Shown here in pieces: positions 56,188-64,000 of a stretch of DNA of 64,000 nucleotides. The stretch spans positions 1-64,000 of the IMG/VR virus record IMGVR_UViG_3300000203_000003; one strand, written 5' to 3'. The stretch is from a virus. Taxonomy: Duplodnaviria; Caudoviricetes. The notes beneath the pieces were generated by a model that did not search any database, was not told the origin of the DNA, and saw only the letters and a list, made by a program, of their open reading frames with translations. Made by a program: the position numbers and the translations under genes. Every line of letters starts with the position of its first letter. Position 1 is the stretch's first letter.

Positions 56188-56662
56188 AAAGAAAATCCAA
56201 TTTGATAAACTTCAGAAAATGATCCCGAATTCGGAGATGAAATCTCTGCAGGATCTTATTATCTATCAAGAGTCTGATGGTAGCTATCAGTTGTTTAACA
56301 GATATGTCATCAACAAGAAATCTGTATCCGAGTATGTTGTCACAACTACATTCTCTGATGACCCCAGTATGTTTAACACATTGAAGAACGCAACCGCTTG
56401 GTGTATCTTTGATAAGCGTGATAAGTTCTATGAGGCCCGACGTATTCTTGAGTTAGATAATAAGTTGGGCGGGGTAGACGTTGACATTATGATTCATCAA
56501 AAGCTATTCAACAAGTCAAAGACCGACGAAGATAAGCTGATCTATATTGCTAAACTGAACGAGGATCGTATCAAGAAGCAAATGATCATAGACGAACTAG
56601 ATTCGTATGTGTCTGAGTCTAAGATTTGGCAGGAAAGACGGTTTGAACGGAAATCCGCATAA
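56180..56662 (+). CDS. Hypothetical protein
   Basis: Overlapping ORF. Confidence 0.7.
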   Translation: MAKKKIQFDKLQKMIPNSEMKSLQDLIIYQESDGSYQLFNRYVINKKSVSEYVVTTTFSDDPSMFNTLKNATAWCIFDKRDKFYEARRILELDNKLGGVDVDIMIHQKLFNKSKTDEDKLIYIAKLNEDRIKKQMIIDELDSYVSESKIWQERRFERKSA

Positions 56663-56707
56663 TAATCGCAGAATGATAAATACTCTATAAGTTTTGGAAT
56701 CACAACT

Positions 56708-57409
56708 ATGAAATTAAACGAACTAAATTACTCCTCGATAATCACTGCTAAAAAAGCATTGAAAGAGCATTACAACATGCCTCTTAACCTGGACAGAATG
56801 AACGGGTCAGAGACACGTGCTATGCTCCAGAAGGTGCGTAAGCTTGTAGCTGAGACAAAGCAATCTGGCAACTTTTACCGAAGTCAGAATAATCACTCGT
56901 ATCTAAAACTTGTGTTTATGGAACAGGCGCTAACTCAACATCTTGCTGCTATCCCCAGAGCAAATGTTATGCTTGAGAACGAAAAGATTGAAGAATCCCA
57001 AGTTTATCTGGCGGCGCAGGCCCTTGTTGACAGCATTCAGAAAATGCTTGAAGAAGTCGGTCAGATGCAAGTTAAAGAGCTACCTGCTCTTGTTTCAAGT
57101 ATCGAATCTGAGCTTGATGTAAACGAAAGTGAAACCTTCAATGAGCAAGTTTCTCAATCGCTTGACAGTTTAAGTGCTGGTCTTAAAGAAACACTTGTCG
57201 GCTTAAAAGAAGCAGTCAAGATGCTTACTAACCCTGATGAAGCCGGCGCATTTAGTCCGGATGCTATGGGTGGTGAAGAAGACCTTGGCATGGGAGACGA
57301 AACAGGTATGGATGCCGGTGCTGACATGGGCGGCGGTGAGTTTCCTGAAGAGGAACCCGAAGAACCTGAAGCAGAGCCGGTCGCTGGTGTAGGTCGTCCG
57401 CTTCGATAA
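56708..57409 (+). CDS. Probable prohead core/scaffold-like protein
   Basis: Late promoter; coiled coil; acidic tail ending GRPLR. Confidence 0.5.
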   Translation: MKLNELNYSSIITAKKALKEHYNMPLNLDRMNGSETRAMLQKVRKLVAETKQSGNFYRSQNNHSYLKLVFMEQALTQHLAAIPRANVMLENEKIEESQVYLAAQALVDSIQKMLEEVGQMQVKELPALVSSIESELDVNESETFNEQVSQSLDSLSAGLKETLVGLKEAVKMLTNPDEAGAFSPDAMGGEEDLGMGDETGMDAGADMGGGEFPEEEPEEPEAEPVAGVGRPLR

Positions 57410-57410
57410 T

Positions 57411-57749
57411 ATGCTACTATCTGAGTTTACTTCCGTTGATCCGTTGCTCATTAACTTAGTCGCCGTAATCGGTCAACTAAAGAGTGAAATTGACGCCGGA
57501 CAGGAAAAACCTGACTGGACAGTTGATGAGCTACTTCAACATCTGAAGAATAGCAACGTCATCATTGACAAAGAAGACCTGTATGATATGATCAAAGGTC
57601 CTCCTCTTAATCATTCTATCGAAAACATCCAAGGCGACACGATTATCTTCAAAGGTCAACAGGGTGCAATCGACGGTGAAGCAGGTGCTCACGACGAAGA
57701 AGAAAACAAAAAGATAGTTAAGCAAATGGCCCAGACTGCTGTAAAATAA
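57411..57749 (+). CDS. Hypothetical late protein
   Basis: MLLSEF N-terminus. Confidence 0.7.
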   Translation: MLLSEFTSVDPLLINLVAVIGQLKSEIDAGQEKPDWTVDELLQHLKNSNVIIDKEDLYDMIKGPPLNHSIENIQGDTIIFKGQQGAIDGEAGAHDEEENKKIVKQMAQTAVK

Positions 57750-57758
57750 ATCATAATT

Positions 57759-58499
57759 ATGGAAATAACGCATCTCGTAGTTAACGGGTGTAGTTGGACA
57801 TATTGTCAAGGACTAGATGATCCTAAAACTCAAGGATGGCCTGCACTAGTTGCCAAAGAGTTGGGGGTCCCTGTTGTGAATATAGCTGTCCCGGGCTCCG
57901 GAAACGATTCTATTCACCGAAGAACGTATGAATACGTTTATCAAAACTTACCGACCGGAAGTAACCCTTTATTTTTAATTTTCTGGAGTCAATATTGGCG
58001 CAGAGAAGCTTGGTGTGAGTTTGGATTCGGTGTTAAAGACTACAGAAATGTAAATGTTAATCAATATAGGACAGTTGAACATGAGAATGCATTGCTGGCT
58101 CACTGGAGCGAGGAAGATTTTCTTAGAAGAACTATGCTATATAAGTTATCAACAATAAACTTATTTACTGCGAATAATATTCCATTTTTGATGTCTGATT
58201 ATTGCCCGGCATTCACTGAGAATATGCAACCCGGCATCGAACATAAAATGCTATCATCGATCAATAATAATCCTAACCATTTAATAAGTCCGGAGCTATA
58301 TACTATTAGAAGGTCCTATCCCGAGTTACCATGCGGTCACGACGGCGCCCTGGCTCAAATAGCAATAGCCGGATGGTGGATCAGACATATTAATATGCGT
58401 TATAACGGGCTGACATTTAGCCCTAACCCCACTGAATCATTTATCACACTTGATACCTTTATTATAGAAAAGGATTCTGAACATGTCCATTGGAAATAA
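57759..58499 (+). CDS. SGNH hydrolase-like protein
   Basis: NGCSWT..W..N.A.PGSGN..CGH. Confidence 0.6.
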   Translation: MEITHLVVNGCSWTYCQGLDDPKTQGWPALVAKELGVPVVNIAVPGSGNDSIHRRTYEYVYQNLPTGSNPLFLIFWSQYWRREAWCEFGFGVKDYRNVNVNQYRTVEHENALLAHWSEEDFLRRTMLYKLSTINLFTANNIPFLMSDYCPAFTENMQPGIEHKMLSSINNNPNHLISPELYTIRRSYPELPCGHDGALAQIAIAGWWIRHINMRYNGLTFSPNPTESFITLDTFIIEKDSEHVHWK

Positions 58500-59687
58500 A
58501 TGAAATCTTTTGAAACTATAGTTATTGAAAAATTTAAATTCCGAGACTCGGATGATGCATTGGTTATCGAATACAATGGACTTACCCCCGAAGACCTCAC
58601 TGATGATGTTACTAAATATTTAGCCGGTTATATTAATAATAGGCTTCACGAAACCAAACAAAAGAATGTGACCTTTTTTATATCAGGTGAGGGCATTCCG
58701 TTAAACCCCTTTCTATTCACGACAGCTATAGTAAGGTGCTTGGTATATGAGTATCGTATTCCACATTATGCGTTCGTGATAGTGAGTGGGGCTGTTCCTA
58801 CTCTGTCAAATATCGAATTTTATAAACATCATATTAAGAAGTATGCACTAGAACAGATTAAAATTAGCTTTTGGAATAGTTTTGAAAATTCAGCTTCACA
58901 AGTTCAATTATATCGTAATACATCTACGTGTGATCCGTTTTATAGTAAATTTGATACTACTCCCAGAATCAAACCTAAGTTGTTTCTATCCTATAATAGG
59001 AATGCAAGTAGAATACATCGATTATACTTGACCGCAGAAGTGGTTAGTCGGAATTTACTAGACCGCGCCTTTTTTTCGATGTATCTAGGTGGGGTATCAA
59101 ATAGTAAACCATCGATAGCAGCCGGAGAACTTGATTATGTCTTTAAACATGCAGCCCTCTTCATCCCCGAATCATGTAATCGTATCCGACAAATTCTTGA
59201 CGACAACATCGACTTATTTCCATTAAGACTTAATTTATGTAATACTCCCAGCGATACTAACGAGCAACCATTTCACATAGATAATGATCTACATTATTAT
59301 AATAATAGTTATTTCAGTGTAGTAACCGAAACAAAGTTCTTTGCTGATGTTGATGGGGTCTATGATACACAATTGGACTGCTACTTATTTTCAGAGAAAA
59401 CCTATAAACCTATTTTAGGTAAACACCCGTTTATCTATATGGGCATGCCCGGGTCGCTTCATGTAATGCGTGATTCGGGATACAGAACGTTTCATCCATA
59501 TATAGATGAAACATATGATACGATAGTAAATGATGAATACAGACTAGAAGCTATCATAGATGAAATAGAACGACTGTCGAAGTTCACGGATGATCAGTGG
59601 TTAGAATGGCAAACAAACATACAGAACATTGTCGAACACAACTTCAATGTGCTAAAAGAGCATAGACCTACTTACTTGACTTATTAA
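58500..59687 (+). CDS. AT-rich glycosyltransferase-like protein
   Basis: FLSYNR..HR, FSVVTET, SEKTYKPI..HPF, GY.TF.PYIDE.YD. Confidence 0.5.
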   Translation: MKSFETIVIEKFKFRDSDDALVIEYNGLTPEDLTDDVTKYLAGYINNRLHETKQKNVTFFISGEGIPLNPFLFTTAIVRCLVYEYRIPHYAFVIVSGAVPTLSNIEFYKHHIKKYALEQIKISFWNSFENSASQVQLYRNTSTCDPFYSKFDTTPRIKPKLFLSYNRNASRIHRLYLTAEVVSRNLLDRAFFSMYLGGVSNSKPSIAAGELDYVFKHAALFIPESCNRIRQILDDNIDLFPLRLNLCNTPSDTNEQPFHIDNDLHYYNNSYFSVVTETKFFADVDGVYDTQLDCYLFSEKTYKPILGKHPFIYMGMPGSLHVMRDSGYRTFHPYIDETYDTIVNDEYRLEAIIDEIERLSKFTDDQWLEWQTNIQNIVEHNFNVLKEHRPTYLTY

Positions 59688-59740
59688 ATAGGCTAACCAA
59701 ACGACTTGCTTTTTTCTAGCAAATCATCTATAATAATTAG

Positions 59741-60424
59741 ATGTTCAACCCCAAATTCAATTATGTCCCTATCAGCCGCGAAACTATCGATGGCGTCAGA
59801 AAATACGCCACGCCAGATGGTGAAAAACTCCCCTCAGTGACAACTATTCTTAGTGCTACTTCTCCACCAGAGAAGATGCAGGCACTCAATGAATGGCGCA
59901 AGCGTATGGGCGCTGCTAAAGCACAAGAGATTACAACAGAAGCAGCAGGTCGCGGCACCAGGATGCACAAGTATCTTGAAGATTACATTATGACTGGAGA
60001 GTTGAAGGCTCCGGGAAGCAACCCCTACAGCATACAAAGCAATGCGATGGCAAAGACTATCATGGAACAAGGTCTTGTCAACTGTTCAGAATATTGGGGC
60101 ACTGAGATTCCAGTATACTACCCTAAAGTATATGCAGGTACAACTGACTTAGCAGGTGTTCACTCTGGTTCAGAGGCTATCATGGATCATAAGCAAACGA
60201 ACAAGCCGAAGAAGCGCGAATGGATCGATGATTACTTCATTCAACTGGCAGCATATGCCGCAGCACATGATGAAGTTCATGGCACTAAGATCCGCAAGGG
60301 TGTCATTTTCATGTGCGACCCTACTTGCGTGTACCAAGAGTTCGTGATTGAGGGTGCTGAGTTTGACAAATACAGCAATCTGTGGTTTAAACGAGTCGAA
60401 CAATATTACATGGCGTTTTTATAG
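59741..60424 (+). CDS. PD-(D/E)XK exonuclease
   Basis: LPSVTTIL, RGT.MH..LE, AGT.DL, MDHKQ, QLAAY. Confidence 0.85.
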   Translation: MFNPKFNYVPISRETIDGVRKYATPDGEKLPSVTTILSATSPPEKMQALNEWRKRMGAAKAQEITTEAAGRGTRMHKYLEDYIMTGELKAPGSNPYSIQSNAMAKTIMEQGLVNCSEYWGTEIPVYYPKVYAGTTDLAGVHSGSEAIMDHKQTNKPKKREWIDDYFIQLAAYAAAHDEVHGTKIRKGVIFMCDPTCVYQEFVIEGAEFDKYSNLWFKRVEQYYMAFL

Positions 60425-60474
60425 ACCAAACTTTCTCAAATAGATAAATAGTATGATAAAGCGAAGATCATACT

Positions 60475-61170
60475 ATGATAATTTACAAAACAGTCAATCT
60501 CATAACCGGTAAATGGTATATCGGGAAGGACGCCGCCAATCTCAATTCTTACTTGGGATCCGGAAAGGCATTAAAAAATGCTATCCGGAAATATGGTGTG
60601 CAAAATTTCAAAAAAGAAATTATTGAAGAATGTGCCGACTTGACACACATGTCGGCCCGAGAAGCGCATTGGATATCGATATCCAATGCGGTAAATGATC
60701 CCATGAGTTACAATCTAGTGCCTGGTGGTGAAGGCGGGGACCGTAGTAAATTCATAGATTATGCTGCGGTAGATCGCACTAACTATAAAATGACCGGGAC
60801 CAAAGCATGGTTTGAGGCCCTCTCAGAGGTCCAGCGGTCAGCATGGCATGCTAAACAAGGTCTGGCCCGGTGTAAGGGCTGGTATGTAAGTAAAGTAGAT
60901 AACACTGATGAAATTTATGTGCTTAATATAGCGAAATGGTGTAGAGAGAATAATATAGATATCGGTATGCCTACTAAAATGAATGATCCTGCTGATAGTT
61001 GTTATCAACGAGCAGCAAAGGGTTGGAGAATTAGGCGTGCTGATATGCCGATCTTACCAGTATATGTTAAATATATCAGGCAAGGTTATCCTAATGTGGC
61101 CTGTAGGGGCAAGTCATGGAAGATGATCGATGGCAAACGCATTTGGATAAATAAAGAGGAGAAGGCATAA
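60475..61170 (+). CDS. Seg-like GIY-YIG homing endonuclease
   Basis: IIYKTVNLITGKWYIGK..YLGSG..KYG..NF.KEI.E..YNL..GGEGG. Confidence 0.87.
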   Translation: MIIYKTVNLITGKWYIGKDAANLNSYLGSGKALKNAIRKYGVQNFKKEIIEECADLTHMSAREAHWISISNAVNDPMSYNLVPGGEGGDRSKFIDYAAVDRTNYKMTGTKAWFEALSEVQRSAWHAKQGLARCKGWYVSKVDNTDEIYVLNIAKWCRENNIDIGMPTKMNDPADSCYQRAAKGWRIRRADMPILPVYVKYIRQGYPNVACRGKSWKMIDGKRIWINKEEKA

Positions 61171-63653
61171 TGGCAATCATACAGATAAGCCGGATACAGC
61201 ACCGATCAGGTAACCTGGTAGACTTACCACAATTGTCTGACGCAGAGTTTGGTTGGGCTACCGACACTAAACGACTGTTCATCGGCAAGTCTTCACCCAA
61301 TGAAAATATAGAGGTGTTAACCTCATACTCTAACGTAAACTTCAGTCAGATCATCGGTGCGCAAGGTAATCTGAACATAACAGGTGCGCTAGCTGGACAA
61401 GTTTTGTCATATGATGGTAATAACTGGGTTAACTATGCAGGAACCGGGTTATCGGGTAACATCAATCTCGGTGTTGTTGGTAATGTAAAGATTCAAGGCG
61501 GCGCGATTGGATATGTGCTAGAAACAGATGGCACCGGCACTCTATCTTGGGCGCCAAAAGGAACTCAATATACCCATATACAATCATTGTCAGCAGCTAC
61601 TCCTATTATAATGAAGGTCGCAAATACGGTACCGTATGTTAACGGTGCAGAGGTTACTATCACTAACGCAGACGGCACACATGCAAACACTATTGTTAAC
61701 GGTAAATCATTCTTCATTACATTATCAGTAGATTATGCATCATCTGGTAACGTGCAGTTATATACTGATATCGGCAGAACATTGGCCGCGAACGGCACAG
61801 GCTTGGGCGCGTCAACACCAAATATAGCGGTAGCAACTTCCGTAATATCAACCGGAAGTGGCGGAGGTGCAAGCGTCGGAGGATCAAATACTACTATACA
61901 GTTCAATAACAATAATATTCTTGATGGTAATACCGGTTTCACTTACGATTATACTACAAACCTGCTGACGTTAAACGGCAATGCTAATTTTGGTAATCTA
62001 AATGCCACTGGTGTTGTTACATCAAGCAGATTGATATCTAAAGCAACAACAGGAACAACCCCTATTCAAGTTGCTAGCACCACATTAGTGCCGAATCTTT
62101 ATGTTGCGCGGGCGAATGTATCTGATTATAGTGTGGTGTCAACACAAACAACTGGTGTATTCTATCCTACCCTAGTCGGAGCAAATACAACGGCTAACTA
62201 TTTTCTTGCGTCCAATTCAAACCTCTCATTCAACGCTGCATCAGGTGCACTGTCAGCAACACTACTGACTGGCACTTTAACTACTGCGGCACAGCCAAAT
62301 GTTACTTCAGTTGGCACTCTAACAGGGGTAGTCGTCAGTGGACATATTACCCCGAGTGCAAATATTACATACAATCTAGGTAACAATACAAATAGATTTA
62401 ATGATTTGTGGTTGGCAAATAGCACAATTTATATAGGCGCACAGACTATTAGTGCCAATAGTAACTCCGTTATTATCTCCGGTGCTATTGTAGGTAATAT
62501 GTCAGGTAATGCTACCACAGCAGGTACAGTCACCGCAGCGGCACAACCTAATATTACATCGGTCGGCACATTAACATCACTGTCCGTAACAGGGACTGCA
62601 TCAGCAGGCAATTTAAGTACAGGCGGAACGCTAAGTGTAACTGGTAATGCGAATGTAGGTAATTTAGGAACCACAGGATTAATAGCAATCGGCAACATAT
62701 CAGGTGCAAATCTGACAGGTAATCACTACGGGTCAGCTAGTGCGTTATCATCGTTGACTGGTGCTAACGTGACCGGTCAAGTAAACTATGCTGCAACAGC
62801 AAATGCAGTAGCAGGTGCTAATGTGTCTGGACAAGTTTCTTTTGCAGCAACAGCAAATGCAGTTGCAGGTGGAAATGTCAGTGGTCAAGTTTCTTTTGCA
62901 GCAACAGCAAATGCAGTTGCAGGTGGAAATGTCAGTGGTGCAGTAGGACTTGCTACTTATGCCACAACAGCAAATGCAGTTGCAGGTGGAAATGTCAGTG
63001 GTGCAGTAGGACTTGCTACTTATGCCACAACAGCAAATGCAGTTGCAGGTGGAAATGTCAGTGGTCAAGTTTCTTTTGCAGCAACAGCAAATGCAGTAGC
63101 AGGTGGAAATGTCTCGGGCACTGTTGCAAATGCGACTTATGCAGTGACAGCAGGATCAACTACTACTGTTACAATTGGTGGATCAGTAACTACTACAACT
63201 CTTACTACTGGCGCAACAGCAACAGCAGGCACTATCACAGGTAACTGGTCATTAGCTGCAGGCTCACAGTTAAGAGCTACATACGCTGACTTAGCTGAGT
63301 GCTATAAAGCTGATGCTTATTACGAAGCAGGGACAGTCCTGGAGTTCGGTGGATTGAATGAAGTCACTCTGGCATCAGACTCAACAAACAGAGTAGCAGG
63401 TGTTGTATCAACTAACCCTGCGTATGTGATGAACTCTCAGTGCGAAGGCGAATACATCGTGCAACTTGCTTTACAGGGCCGTGCGCCGTGTAAGGTCAGA
63501 GGTGTGGTACGAAAAGGTGATATGATGGTAAGCGGTGGCGATGGCTTCGCACGACCTTCAGCAACACCGTTAATGGGAACAGTAATCGGTAAGTCTCTGG
63601 AAGACTTCGCTGGCACATCAGGTGTCATCGAAGTAGCAGTGGGCAGATTATAA
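61170..63653 (+). CDS. Tail fibre / receptor-binding protein
   Basis: N-terminal QISRIQHR.G..LPQL..EFGW..D..RLFIG; AAQPNITSVGTL repeats; C-terminal ADLAE..GVVST.P..GKSL domain. Confidence 0.8.
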   Translation: MAIIQISRIQHRSGNLVDLPQLSDAEFGWATDTKRLFIGKSSPNENIEVLTSYSNVNFSQIIGAQGNLNITGALAGQVLSYDGNNWVNYAGTGLSGNINLGVVGNVKIQGGAIGYVLETDGTGTLSWAPKGTQYTHIQSLSAATPIIMKVANTVPYVNGAEVTITNADGTHANTIVNGKSFFITLSVDYASSGNVQLYTDIGRTLAANGTGLGASTPNIAVATSVISTGSGGGASVGGSNTTIQFNNNNILDGNTGFTYDYTTNLLTLNGNANFGNLNATGVVTSSRLISKATTGTTPIQVASTTLVPNLYVARANVSDYSVVSTQTTGVFYPTLVGANTTANYFLASNSNLSFNAASGALSATLLTGTLTTAAQPNVTSVGTLTGVVVSGHITPSANITYNLGNNTNRFNDLWLANSTIYIGAQTISANSNSVIISGAIVGNMSGNATTAGTVTAAAQPNITSVGTLTSLSVTGTASAGNLSTGGTLSVTGNANVGNLGTTGLIAIGNISGANLTGNHYGSASALSSLTGANVTGQVNYAATANAVAGANVSGQVSFAATANAVAGGNVSGQVSFAATANAVAGGNVSGAVGLATYATTANAVAGGNVSGAVGLATYATTANAVAGGNVSGQVSFAATANAVAGGNVSGTVANATYAVTAGSTTTVTIGGSVTTTTLTTGATATAGTITGNWSLAAGSQLRATYADLAECYKADAYYEAGTVLEFGGLNEVTLASDSTNRVAGVVSTNPAYVMNSQCEGEYIVQLALQGRAPCKVRGVVRKGDMMVSGGDGFARPSATPLMGTVIGKSLEDFAGTSGVIEVAVGRL
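62760..63142 (+). repeat. Coding tandem repeats of 54 and 63 nt (ANAVAGGNVSG-QVSFAAT / -AVGLATYATT)
   Basis: Six ANAVAG units, several near-identical at DNA level; ends approximate. Confidence 0.88.
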
Positions 63654-63671
63654 AATATCAAAGGAAGAAAC

Positions 63672-63956
63672 ATGGCATCATATATACAAACTCCAGCAGC
63701 CGGTAGTCTAAGGATTGGACCGATTGCAACAGACAAAGTTCGAATCGCAACTACCTCATGCGCGATTGCGTTCAACATCGGTAACTCAGCAGTAACAGCT
63801 AATACAACCGCATGCGAAATCATTCCAGCTAGCACAGTAGAACGTAGCATCTTGGTGCTCCAAGGTAACTATATTGCTTATATTCTTGCTGATGGTACAG
63901 CAGCACCATTCAGTGTAACTGAACTAGGCGCCCCGCATCTGGTCACTGGTACGTAA
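63672..63956 (+). CDS. Small probable virion protein
   Basis: AAGGAA SD; follows tail fibre. Confidence 0.6.
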   Translation: MASYIQTPAAGSLRIGPIATDKVRIATTSCAIAFNIGNSAVTANTTACEIIPASTVERSILVLQGNYIAYILADGTAAPFSVTELGAPHLVTGT

Positions 63957-64000
63957 CCCATCATTTTTCGCCCAAAGCGATAAATAAACTCATACACTCT

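Noticed and set aside
59741-60424. Cas4/CRISPR system
   Set aside because: Generic phage PD-(D/E)XK exonuclease without the Cys cluster; no array or other cas genes
61170-63653. Diversity-generating retroelement target
   Set aside because: No reverse transcriptase or template/variable repeat pair seen in the window

Overview
This is a 64-kb segment of a large lytic T4-like (myovirus-type) dsDNA phage genome, probably infecting a Betaproteobacterium (inferred from a Gram-negative porin and a permuted tmRNA). Core genes: terminase large subunit, gp32 SSB, UvsX, UvsY, UvsW, primase, gp41 helicase, thyA, spanins, baseplate and tail-fibre genes. Accessory genes: nadE, porin, a SAM-lyase-like protein, MoxR/VWA, sugar and radical-SAM enzymes, a 194-aa DnaE-like core with an exonuclease, about 10 free-standing homing endonucleases (HEGs) and a two-piece tmRNA. 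Three things stand out. (1) A ~75-bp module sits at the 5' end of five HEGs from different nuclease families. It is bracketed by convergent TAAATA late promoters, and its covarying two-hairpin structure is completed by G-U pairs only on the strand antisense to the HEG, suggesting a cis-antisense sRNA system. (2) An early, translationally coupled array of ~13 small diversified genes ends in F-x-L-R-W; the codons double as the next gene's Shine-Dalgarno (TGAGGTGGnnATGA). (3) Some members of that family begin with short copies of hallmark motifs from the major capsid protein or DNA polymerase B, which may be decoys. All family assignments come from motif recognition by eye; no database search was run.
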